DNA from: a virus
Taxonomy: Duplodnaviria; Caudoviricetes
DNA: 64,000 nucleotides
Reading direction: 5' to 3' (one strand)
Virus record (IMG/VR): IMGVR_UViG_3300046664_000044
Coordinates: 6 to 64,005 of that record
Positions 53,440 through 62,323 of this stretch are shown in pieces. Position numbers and translations under genes: made by a program. The number at the start of each line of letters is the position of its first letter. The stretch's first letter is position 1. Under the pieces are notes generated by a model, which was not told where the DNA came from, made no database searches, and was given only the letters and a program-made list of their open reading frames with translations.

Positions 53440-54441
53440 TTAAGGTGCTGCTACGTTGATGCCAAATTCAGATGCTTCGATGCCCGCCTTCGTGTCTGCA
53501 CCGTTCGACGGGAACATCACATACTGCGTGCGCCAATCCTGTTCGACGGTGCGCGTGTCGCTGCGCCCGGCCACTGCCCCGGAGTTACCGCCCATGAAGA
53601 CGCCCAGCTTCGCGTTCAGCGTGGGCGACTTGCGGGCCATGACCACGATGCCGGTAGCCAGGACGCCGTTCGTGTTCGGCAGCGCGAGGTTCGACAGGAA
53701 GCGATCCTCCTTGCCCACGGTGTCGCTCGCCACATAGGAGTCCAGCGGATCAGGCGGGTGCTGCGACAGCGAGGCCGCGTGCGACATCTCGGCGCTGGCC
53801 TTGAACCATTCGACGTGCTGGTCGATGTCGGGGAAGCGCGTCGTGATGATGATCGGGCCGAGCGGGTCGCCGTCGTTGGCGTAGAAGTCGTCGATGAACT
53901 TGTTGCCGGTGTCCTGACGCGGCGGCAGGCCCGCAGCCGGGCGATAGGTGGCCGGGTCTTGCCAGCCCAGCTTCACCACGGCACCGCTGGCCGACGTAGC
54001 GCCGTCCGGCAGCACGATGGACGAATCGAACTTCCCGTTGATCCACAGCTCGCAGGTGGCCGCCGTGCGCGACACGCGCAGCTCGTAGTAGTACCAGCGG
54101 TTGATGGTCGGCAGCGCGCCGCCCGGTGACGAGTTCAGCATCGGCGTCCCTGTCAGCTCGTTGGCCCAAAGCTGGATCACCGCAGCGCCGAGTTGCAGGC
54201 GCATGATGGAGCCGCGTGCGGAGAACTCGAATGCGCAGCCACACGAGAACTTGTCGCCCGTCCAGGGGAAGGAGCGCTGGATGTTGCCGTTGGCACCGCC
54301 AATCGCCGCAGAACCGGCGTATGCGGCGCGGCCTTGCACGATGGTGATGGTGCCGCTCGGCGTCCACTCGGCGCGCTGCAAGAGCGGATTCGGCGTGCCG
54401 CTGCCAGCGAATTCTTCAAAGCCGTCAATGAAGGCGCTCAC
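53440..54441 (-). CDS. Tail fibre/virion protein, lectin-like paralog 1 (333 aa)
   Basis: DGFEEF, WYYYEL, IDDFY, LGP...RFPD.D, ARK, FGI. Confidence 0.78.
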   Translation of the reverse strand: MSAFIDGFEEFAGSGTPNPLLQRAEWTPSGTITIVQGRAAYAGSAAIGGANGNIQRSFPWTGDKFSCGCAFEFSARGSIMRLQLGAAVIQLWANELTGTPMLNSSPGGALPTINRWYYYELRVSRTAATCELWINGKFDSSIVLPDGATSASGAVVKLGWQDPATYRPAAGLPPRQDTGNKFIDDFYANDGDPLGPIIITTRFPDIDQHVEWFKASAEMSHAASLSQHPPDPLDSYVASDTVGKEDRFLSNLALPNTNGVLATGIVVMARKSPTLNAKLGVFMGGNSGAVAGRSDTRTVEQDWRTQYVMFPSNGADTKAGIEASEFGINVAAP

Positions 54442-54442
54442 G

Positions 54443-55171
54443 TTAATCTCCCATCAGGATGAGGCGCAGCGTCGCGCCGTAGTTGCGCCAGAAGTCCGGC
54501 AGGAGCACAGGCATGTCGAAGCTGATGGTCTGCCCGCGTGCGAAGGCTTTGTCGCCGTCAACCGTGAACGTCGCTTCGATGGAGCCGGGGATGAAGTGGA
54601 TCGTGCCGATCTGGTCGTCGTAGTTGCGCATGATGCCGATGTCCACCGGGAAGGCTGGCGCGGTCTTGCAGCGGCCAACGCAGTCCACGCCATCGGCGCG
54701 CAGGATCATGTCCTGCGGCAGCGCGATACCGCCAATCGTCTCCAACGGTTCCGCGTCGTAGCCGACCGAGAAGATCACGTCGTAGCGCTGGCCTTGCAGC
54801 GGCGGCGGATCAGGCACGACATTCTTCTCGTCCGTCCACTGCTCGCCGTCCCAAAAGAACCAGCCAGCAGGTGCAGCGGAGCCGACGCGGATGCCGCGCA
54901 CTAGCGGCTCGCAGAACAGCCAGCCGAACTCGGTGTACACCGCGAGGTTGTTGTCCTTGCCCGTCCAGTCGCCGGTTGCGTTCGCGCCGATGATGTAGGA
55001 CAGGCCGATGGTCGGGATGATCGGCGGTGCCGTCTCGTTCATCGTCTCGACGAACGGGTGCAACAGCAAGTCGATCAGCGAGAAGTTATTGGAGACTGGA
55101 TCGCCCCACCAGTCTTCGCCGCGCAACCAGCCGTAGCTCAATTTCCAACGTGATGATTCGTGTCGTGCCAT
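54443..55171 (-). CDS. DUF2793-like tail fibre/adaptor protein
   Basis: YII...ATGDW.GKDN.LAV....W.F..P..G motif. Confidence 0.7.
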   Translation of the reverse strand: MARHESSRWKLSYGWLRGEDWWGDPVSNNFSLIDLLLHPFVETMNETAPPIIPTIGLSYIIGANATGDWTGKDNNLAVYTEFGWLFCEPLVRGIRVGSAAPAGWFFWDGEQWTDEKNVVPDPPPLQGQRYDVIFSVGYDAEPLETIGGIALPQDMILRADGVDCVGRCKTAPAFPVDIGIMRNYDDQIGTIHFIPGSIEATFTVDGDKAFARGQTISFDMPVLLPDFWRNYGATLRLILMGD

Positions 55172-55172
55172 G

Positions 55173-57608
55173 TCAATTCCCTGTGTTGTCTTTGGTGTAT
55201 GCGTCCCAATGGCGATCCCAATTCAAGTCCCAATGGGCGGCCAGTGACGGGTTAGGATCGTTCGGGTCAATCGGTGGAGGATCAACCGGATCGGGCCAAT
55301 CTGGCGGAACTACGGGCGGTGCTGGTGGGCCGGTGCCGTTGTCGCCGCCAGCGTTGTCTGCCGGGTCTTTCGGGCCGTCGCCAGGATTGTACCCGCCCGG
55401 CGTTTGACCACCCGGAGTGTCGTCAGTGGTATCGCCATTCCCCCATCCAGTTCCAGGCGGGAGCTGGCCGCCACCGGGGTGCTGACCGGGTGGGCATTTG
55501 TACGACGGCAGGCTCACCGGGATCACGTAGAACTGCCACGAGTCCAGGTCGTAGCGCACCGTGGAGAGCTGGATGCCGACCGTTACGCTGCCGCACACGC
55601 CGAGCGCCGCGCCCGCACGGTAGCCGTCGATCTTCGCCATGTCCGGCGTGTACACGAAGCTGGTTCCGTCCACGATCTGTTCGCGGATCAGCACCTCGTA
55701 GGATGCGCCGACTTTCGGCCTGACCCACACGCTGATTTTGAGCCGGTATTTTTGCGCTTCCTCTGCGCCCTGGTCGGCCATCGTGTGATCGACCGCCTGC
55801 CACGATTGCGCGGTGCGGTGGCGGTGAACCCAGGTGATCGTGGCCGGGCCGGTGACGGTGCTGATCTGCGCGCCCTTGTACCACGGGTTGCCGTTGATCT
55901 TGACCTGTCCAGGCGGATAAGGGCGCATGGAGCGCGTGCGCGTTTGCAGCCGGTCGGTCGGCACGTCCTTCAGGTCGAGCGGCGGGCCGTACACACTTGG
56001 CCGCATCTTCACCTGCACCGCGCCGCCCAGCACGCCGCCGACGATGCGCTCCGGGTAGGCCGTGTGGTCATGACCGTATTGCGCGCCGTAGAACCACACG
56101 CGAGCGCCGACCGGATGGATGGCCGGGATGGTGTCGTAGCAACCGCGTGCAATCGTGATGCCCAGCTCGTCGATGTCGTCGATGCGGATCATCTCGGCGT
56201 CCACCAGGGCGACTTGGCCGACACGCAGATCATCGAGCGTGACGCCATCGAGCACCGAGGTCTTGTCGAAGTCGATTCGCGTGTCGAGCTGCTTGATCGT
56301 CGTCTTCAGCGTGGCCCAAGGCGTGAACTGCGGGTCGGCCACGTGCGAGTAGGTCAGCGCATTGCCGGTGCCAGCGGGCCAGTCGTAGCGCGTCCAAACG
56401 TCGTGCATGTCGGTCAGGCGGTCGGAAGGACGTGCGGCCACGGTGATCAGCATGTGCTGCTCTGGCGAGTCGCCGTGCAGGGCCATGAACGCATACGGCG
56501 CTTCAAACAGGTTGCGGTTCAGCGGCGTGTAGAAGTTCGTCGGTTGACCGGCACCTTGCGCGAGCTGGTTCACGAACATACCGTCCGCGCCAATCGAGCC
56601 GTCGTCTTCCGCTGCACCTGGGCGCTGCGCCACGATCTGACCGAGCTGACCTTCAAACAGCGCAGGGTTCGTGGTCGGCGTGTTCGGATCGTCGGCGGTC
56701 GTCTGCGCGGCCAGCTCCGCGAGCTGCGCGACCTTCAGGAAGTAGCCCTGGCTGTCCACCTTCAGGTCGATGCGGTAGCCCTGCCACGAGTCGAAGCCGT
56801 CGCGGGTCGAGAAGAAGGTGATGTAGCCCGGCACCAGAATCTCGGCCTCGGTCGGATTGTCGAAGCCGAAGTCGTCCATCGCCTGCTGCCACGTGTAGTT
56901 CCACGACGGCGGGATCAGGTTGCCGTACTTGTCGTACACCACGGACATGATGCCGCTGACGGTGCGCTTCAACACGCCCTTGCCGTCGTACACGCGGGCG
57001 GTGTAGGTGGTGCCGGGTTCAGGCCCGATGTTGGTCACGTCATGATCGACGAGCTGGTCGGCTTCGATGATGCGCGAGCGATGCGCCCAGGTCAGTTGCA
57101 GGTTCGGCGCGTTCACCGTCAGCGTGTGCTCGATCCACCAGCGGTCGCCATTGGCGCGCATCTGGCCGGGCGGGTAAGGTCGGAAGAAGCGGTAGTTGTA
57201 GGTCACGCTGTCGATGGCGCTGTTGGCGATGGGGTAGTTGCCGCCACCGATGGTGTACGGGCTGTACTTCACCGAGTTCGTTTCGCCAGCGCTGTGCTCG
57301 ACCGCATCGGTGCCGACAACCGGCGCGTCGAAGAACCAGATCAGCGAGCCAGGGGCGTGCGGCGCAGGCACGGTATCCGCGCAGCCGCGCTTGACGGTGA
57401 CGCCGGTTGACGTGATGCCGGTGAGCTGCATGAACTCGTCGTCGCACAAACAGGCCATGCCGATCTTGATGGCGTCGATGGTGGGGAAGTTCGTGCGGCC
57501 AAGCGGGATGTCGTGATCGAGGTAGTCCACGCCAGCCGAGAGTTCGGCCAGCGGCGTGAAGTGCGAAGCCGGTACAGTGCCGGATACTTTGTAGTCAGAG
57601 TTCGCCAT
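55173..57608 (-). CDS. Tail tip protein with two RGC.DT/RPYPP modules and Pro/Gly tail (811 aa)
   Basis: Internal duplication; paralog of 57612..59516. Confidence 0.78.
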   Translation of the reverse strand: MANSDYKVSGTVPASHFTPLAELSAGVDYLDHDIPLGRTNFPTIDAIKIGMACLCDDEFMQLTGITSTGVTVKRGCADTVPAPHAPGSLIWFFDAPVVGTDAVEHSAGETNSVKYSPYTIGGGNYPIANSAIDSVTYNYRFFRPYPPGQMRANGDRWWIEHTLTVNAPNLQLTWAHRSRIIEADQLVDHDVTNIGPEPGTTYTARVYDGKGVLKRTVSGIMSVVYDKYGNLIPPSWNYTWQQAMDDFGFDNPTEAEILVPGYITFFSTRDGFDSWQGYRIDLKVDSQGYFLKVAQLAELAAQTTADDPNTPTTNPALFEGQLGQIVAQRPGAAEDDGSIGADGMFVNQLAQGAGQPTNFYTPLNRNLFEAPYAFMALHGDSPEQHMLITVAARPSDRLTDMHDVWTRYDWPAGTGNALTYSHVADPQFTPWATLKTTIKQLDTRIDFDKTSVLDGVTLDDLRVGQVALVDAEMIRIDDIDELGITIARGCYDTIPAIHPVGARVWFYGAQYGHDHTAYPERIVGGVLGGAVQVKMRPSVYGPPLDLKDVPTDRLQTRTRSMRPYPPGQVKINGNPWYKGAQISTVTGPATITWVHRHRTAQSWQAVDHTMADQGAEEAQKYRLKISVWVRPKVGASYEVLIREQIVDGTSFVYTPDMAKIDGYRAGAALGVCGSVTVGIQLSTVRYDLDSWQFYVIPVSLPSYKCPPGQHPGGGQLPPGTGWGNGDTTDDTPGGQTPGGYNPGDGPKDPADNAGGDNGTGPPAPPVVPPDWPDPVDPPPIDPNDPNPSLAAHWDLNWDRHWDAYTKDNTGN

Positions 57609-57611
57609 GAG

Positions 57612-59516
57612 TTAGCAAGGATAAGATGGGACGCGAATCGGAATGCGGTAGTTCTGCCACGAGCTGTAGCCAGCGCGGATCGACATGATGCGGCAGTAGA
57701 TCACGACCGTGCCGCAGATGCCGAGGGCGCGGCCAGCGACGTTGCCGTCAACCTGGGCGAACGCATACGGGTAGCTGTAGAAGCCGTCCTGCACCACACC
57801 GCCAACGGTCTGCGGCGTCACGTATGTGGCGCGCAGCGGATGCTCCGTGGGCGGCCCGCCCGGCGTCGCGGATGGCGTCTCGTAGTAGAACTCGACGACG
57901 ACTTCAGCGCCCGCTTCCGGTGGGATGGTCGGGTATGCGTGGTCGAACGTGTTAGCGCCCTGCGTCACGCGGTTACGCCACGCCCAGGTGATGTTCAGCG
58001 GCAGGCCCGACGTGACTTGCGCTTCCTCGTACCACGGGCGACCGCCGACGACGAGCTGGCCGACGTTGTATGGCCGCAGTGCGCGTGCGTTGTAGTGCAG
58101 CAGGTTGCGCGATGGGAGCGTGTTGCCATCCGGCAGAGAGCCATACGTGAGCGGCTGGAAGCGGAAGTCCACCTCGGTGCCAGCAGGGTGTGGCGACGGA
58201 TCGACCACGTACACATTGTCGAACATGACCACGCCGGTTCCCGCGATGTGCCGCGCAGGGATCGTGTCGCCAACACCGCGACCAATCGTGTACACGTCGC
58301 CGTGCAGCTCTTTGAAGATGACCAGCTCTTCGTTGATCAGCGCGATCTTGCCGACCAGTGCGCCGATGTCGGGAATGCGCACGCCGTCCCACAGCGACAT
58401 GGCGGCCACGTTCACGGTCGTCTCCAATTCCGTGATGCCGAATTCCAGCGTGAACCAGGGCGTGTAGTCGCCGGTCGCAATCGGTACGGTGTGCTCCACC
58501 GCGACCCACACGGGGTCTTCCGGCGTGCCGTGGTTCTCGTTCTCCCAATAGTGCCAGCACAGGTTGTAGCCGTCGCTCATGCGGTCGGAAGGCCGGGCCG
58601 CCATAGCGAGGCCGCGCCCTTCTTCCAGGCCGTATCCGTGGCGTGCGTTGAACACGTAAGGCGTCTCCATCACGAACTGCCAGAAGTCGGCCCACACGGG
58701 CATGATTGGCGACGCGCTCGGCTCCACGTGCAGCGGGATCACGTAGCCGGTGTACGACTGCATTCCGTCACGCTCGGTCGTGAACGTGGCGAAGCCGTCC
58801 ACTGCGCTCGATGGATAGCCGAAGTCCTTCAGCGCTTTGCTGTGCTGGTACAGGAAGGCGTTGCCACGGATGCCCGGTTCCTCGCGCAGCAGCGTGCCGT
58901 CCGGTCGGTAGATGCGCAGCGCGTAGGTGGTGTTCGCTTCCGGCGTCATGCCCGCATCGTTGTGGCCGAGAAGCTGGTCGGCCTGCGTGACGCGATTGCG
59001 GTCAACCCAGGTGAGGTTCATGCTGCCGGTGGTGTCGTTGATCGCCGCGCCGCTGTACCACGCTGCGGTGTTGGCCTTCATCTGCGCTGGCGGGTACGGG
59101 CGGAAGAAGCGCCAGTTGAACGTCACCTCGTCCGGCGCGACCGTGGCGATTGGGAGATTGCCGCCACCGATGGTGTAGGGCGACACCTTCACGGCCACTG
59201 TCTCGCCCGCCCCGCGCTCGATCTTATCACTGCCGGTGTTGCCGGTGATGATCCAGATAAGCGAGCCAGCCGCGTGCTCGGTCGGCACGGTATCCGCGCA
59301 GCCGCGCTTGCAGGTAAAGCTGCGGATGCCGACCGTCTCGATGCGGATGAACTCGTTGTCCCACATGGCGGCCATGCCCGGCTGGAAGGCATCGACCACG
59401 GCGAAGTTGAAGTCGGTGTATTCGATGGTGGTGTCGAGGAAGCTGTACGCCACGTCCGTCTTCACGAACGATGAGAAGGAGCCAGCGCCTTTGTTCTCGT
59501 AGTCTGCGTTGCTCAT
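57612..59516 (-). CDS. Tail tip protein with two RGC.DT/RPY modules (634 aa)
   Basis: Paralog of 55173..57608, with DNA-level similarity (e.g. GGCACGGTATCCGCGCAGCCGCGCTTG). Confidence 0.78.
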   Translation of the reverse strand: MSNADYENKGAGSFSSFVKTDVAYSFLDTTIEYTDFNFAVVDAFQPGMAAMWDNEFIRIETVGIRSFTCKRGCADTVPTEHAAGSLIWIITGNTGSDKIERGAGETVAVKVSPYTIGGGNLPIATVAPDEVTFNWRFFRPYPPAQMKANTAAWYSGAAINDTTGSMNLTWVDRNRVTQADQLLGHNDAGMTPEANTTYALRIYRPDGTLLREEPGIRGNAFLYQHSKALKDFGYPSSAVDGFATFTTERDGMQSYTGYVIPLHVEPSASPIMPVWADFWQFVMETPYVFNARHGYGLEEGRGLAMAARPSDRMSDGYNLCWHYWENENHGTPEDPVWVAVEHTVPIATGDYTPWFTLEFGITELETTVNVAAMSLWDGVRIPDIGALVGKIALINEELVIFKELHGDVYTIGRGVGDTIPARHIAGTGVVMFDNVYVVDPSPHPAGTEVDFRFQPLTYGSLPDGNTLPSRNLLHYNARALRPYNVGQLVVGGRPWYEEAQVTSGLPLNITWAWRNRVTQGANTFDHAYPTIPPEAGAEVVVEFYYETPSATPGGPPTEHPLRATYVTPQTVGGVVQDGFYSYPYAFAQVDGNVAGRALGICGTVVIYCRIMSIRAGYSSWQNYRIPIRVPSYPC

Positions 59517-60994
59517 GGTGTCTCTGGTGGTTGTTCATCGGGAGTGGCCGGGCCGTTCTTCACGAACAGGTTGTAGGCCAGCGAGAGGTCGGACGGCTTG
59601 GCAACCACGGTGCCGAGGAAGCCCGCGTCTTCCGGCAAAATCTGGAAGTCCGCTGGACGCATCGACTGGTTCAGCAGGAAGTACGGCACCTCGAATGCGC
59701 GGTGCTCCTTCAGCGTCGGCTTGTTGTTCGGCTTGACCCAATTCGGCGGCTCGTTGCCGATGAACGAAGCGTTCGGCAGCGCGAACACGTCCTGCACCGC
59801 AGTGATGGTGATGGTGCCATCGGTCAGCGTGCCGCACTCGATACGGCCAACGCGCACGATCACGTCGTTGATGCCGCGTACCGGATCGCTGATGCGCATC
59901 ACGCTGCCCGGCGCAACCTTCCAGGCGCGGCGGTCGAAGGTCATGGTGAACTTGCGCAGCGCCATAGCGTGCGTGCGCAGATCGCGCTGGGCCACACGCA
60001 GGGCCAAGCTGGAAGTCGGAATGCCGTTGTACGTTTTCTTCAGCGAGTTGAACACGCCGCGTGTCGCCTGCAACGACGCGATGTTCTGGTTGGCGACAGT
60101 GCGCACCTTCGCGCTGACCGGATCGAAGTATTCGACCACGATCTCGTTCACTGCCGGGCCGAGCGCCGACACGTTCGCCTCGCGGATGTCGAGCAGGCCC
60201 GCGCTCACGTCATAGATCGGCAGGGTCTTCGGATCGTAGTCGTAGCGGATCAGCTTCAGTGTGAGCAGCGCCGTCGAGCGGTCGGAGTAGAGCACGGCAC
60301 CGATGTGGTCGGCCACCGATTGCAGGAATGATTCGAGCGAGTCGCGGCGGTTCCAGCGCAGGCACAGGCCGAAGCCTTCACTGTGCAGCGTGTCGGCAGC
60401 GGCGGCGAACGATGCGAGGTTCAGCGCGGATGCAGGCAGGCCACGGCCCCACTCGCGGTTGGTCAGCAGCTCGTAGATGATGTGGGCCGGGTTCATCGCC
60501 TGGACAAGACCCGTTCCCATCACAGGGTTGCCCAGCTCGTCGATGATCGGGTCGCCCTGCAAGTCGATCACGCACTTCTCTGGATACCACACGTCGCCAT
60601 CCCAGCCCTTCAGTCGGCGCGTCACGCGGAACTTCCAGGGCTTCGGGTATGGCGAGTTCGATGCGATGGCACCGTTGAAGAAGTAGGTCGCCATGCGGCG
60701 GAAGCCGGGCAGCGCGTGGCCGAGCATCGCAACGAGGCCAGGGTCGGCCACCTGATCCGGCTTGCCCATCATCAGCGTGCCGGTGCCGTCGATACCGCCT
60801 TCCTGCTTGTCGCCGCCGAACAGGTCGGGCGCGTGGACGTTCAGCGGGCCGGTGTCGTTGGCGAAGCCAAACCATGCGGGCTTGTCGCCCACACGGATTT
60901 CGCTGACGGTATCGAGCGGGCCACGCGACAGGCCCATGTGAATGCCGAAGTGGTACTTGTACCCTGTGACTGGATTACTGCCCTTTTTGCCCAT
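59513..60994 (-). CDS. Tail tip/baseplate hub protein (lambda J/GTA-like N-terminal part)
   Basis: Y...HMGL.RGP.D...I..GDK, DLFGG...EGG, NPAHIIYE.LTN..WG.G motifs. Confidence 0.85.
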   Translation of the reverse strand: MGKKGSNPVTGYKYHFGIHMGLSRGPLDTVSEIRVGDKPAWFGFANDTGPLNVHAPDLFGGDKQEGGIDGTGTLMMGKPDQVADPGLVAMLGHALPGFRRMATYFFNGAIASNSPYPKPWKFRVTRRLKGWDGDVWYPEKCVIDLQGDPIIDELGNPVMGTGLVQAMNPAHIIYELLTNREWGRGLPASALNLASFAAAADTLHSEGFGLCLRWNRRDSLESFLQSVADHIGAVLYSDRSTALLTLKLIRYDYDPKTLPIYDVSAGLLDIREANVSALGPAVNEIVVEYFDPVSAKVRTVANQNIASLQATRGVFNSLKKTYNGIPTSSLALRVAQRDLRTHAMALRKFTMTFDRRAWKVAPGSVMRISDPVRGINDVIVRVGRIECGTLTDGTITITAVQDVFALPNASFIGNEPPNWVKPNNKPTLKEHRAFEVPYFLLNQSMRPADFQILPEDAGFLGTVVAKPSDLSLAYNLFVKNGPATPDEQPPETP

Positions 60995-61190
60995 CGCTCA
61001 CCTCTTTGTTTTTGTTGCGGACGTAAGCGGCCACGGTCATGCAGAAGTGGTCGCCATACGATTCCATGCGCTCGACCGGCATACCGTTCTGGATGAAGTC
61101 GCGGAAGTCGTAGTGGTGCTCCTTGGCCCACTGGCGCGCACCGCGAGCACAGAAGCCCGCGTCGCGGATGTCCTGAATCGTCACGATCAT
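60975..61190 (-). CDS. Small tail assembly protein (71 aa)
   Basis: VT..DIR..GFC.RGAR.W....DF..F...G motif; ATGA overlap; start reassigned. Confidence 0.7.
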   Translation of the reverse strand: MIVTIQDIRDAGFCARGARQWAKEHHYDFRDFIQNGMPVERMESYGDHFCMTVAAYVRNKNKEVSDGQKGQ

Positions 61191-61495
61191 TTCTTGCCCC
61201 CGCCGCCCGCGTGGATTTCGGTCACGCGGTAGTTGCCGACCGCGAGCACCGTCCAATCGCTGATCCAGCAGTCACCGAAGACCACGCACTGCGGCGTACC
61301 TTCGTCGGCCTGCGGGAAGTCGATGTCTTTGAATGCGGTGGGCTGCGGCGTCTGCTGTTTCGGTGCGAGCGCGAGGTTGATGATGATCGACGCGATGATC
61401 AGGTAGAGCGCGTCGTCCCACCCCATCACGCCGATCATCCACGGCGTCAGCGCAAGCGGGTGAATCAGGAAGCTCCTTGTTGTCCAGCGCAGCAT
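61187..61495 (-). CDS. Small tail tip assembly protein (102 aa)
   Basis: Hydrophobic helix then P..DEG.P..VVFG motif; SD AGGAG. Confidence 0.7.
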   Translation of the reverse strand: MLRWTTRSFLIHPLALTPWMIGVMGWDDALYLIIASIIINLALAPKQQTPQPTAFKDIDFPQADEGTPQCVVFGDCWISDWTVLAVGNYRVTEIHAGGGGKK

Positions 61496-61504
61496 GTCGT
61501 TCTC

Positions 61505-62323
61505 CTAGAAGACTGGATTGCCATCGAACGGCGACTTGCCGGGCATGTCCGGTACACCGCCGTAGTTTGGAAGGTTGTTGAATTTTGTCTGACACGTTCC
61601 CCAGCGTCGGTCGCAGCCGGGGTATGCAGTGACTTCGAGGCCGTAGTATAGATCATCGGCCAAACCGAACATTCCGACCACGCTACCCTTTTGGGACTCG
61701 ATACCCCTGTATTCCAGTCCACGCACCGGATGCGTCCATTCGATAAACCCGCCTGCCAGCACGTCGTCTTCGAGATCGTCGATCCCCTGGAACACCACGT
61801 TATTCCCTGTCACGTCGAAGACTTTGACGGTGATGCCGTTTGCAGTCTTGTCCGCTTGGCAGGTGAGCGGGTCATACAGCGCATACGGGCAAGTGCGCTG
61901 CCAGCCCAGGCGCAGGCCGTCGCGCTGCATGGACGCGCCAATCGCATCGCACGTCAGTGTGGCCTTGCCGGGTTCCGGCTGGCCCACCTGAATCAGCTCG
62001 CCCATGTAGCCCAGGACGGCCTCGGCGTCACCTTCGTGATACTGGAAGATGTTGACCAGGATCGGCTGCGACGGCGGCGTGCTGATGAACATCTGAACCG
62101 GCGCGATGCGCGACGGCGCGGTGATCTGCATCACGTCGGTCTGTGCCTCGCCGGTCAGCTTCACGCCATCGTCGGAGATGGGCAGTGCCGTCCAGTGGTA
62201 GTCGTTGATCGTCACGTCCTCGTCGGAAGACGTGTAGCGCCATGTTGCGGAACCGAGGGTGAAGGCATAGAGGAAAATCGGCCGCCCCTGGTCGTTGCCG
62301 CTCTCGATAGTATTGAAGCTCAT
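61505..62323 (-). CDS. DUF2163/BR0599-family tail tip protein
   Basis: CPYALYD..C, YPGCD..W.TC..KFNN..NYGG.P..P motifs. Confidence 0.85.
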   Translation of the reverse strand: MSFNTIESGNDQGRPIFLYAFTLGSATWRYTSSDEDVTINDYHWTALPISDDGVKLTGEAQTDVMQITAPSRIAPVQMFISTPPSQPILVNIFQYHEGDAEAVLGYMGELIQVGQPEPGKATLTCDAIGASMQRDGLRLGWQRTCPYALYDPLTCQADKTANGITVKVFDVTGNNVVFQGIDDLEDDVLAGGFIEWTHPVRGLEYRGIESQKGSVVGMFGLADDLYYGLEVTAYPGCDRRWGTCQTKFNNLPNYGGVPDMPGKSPFDGNPVF

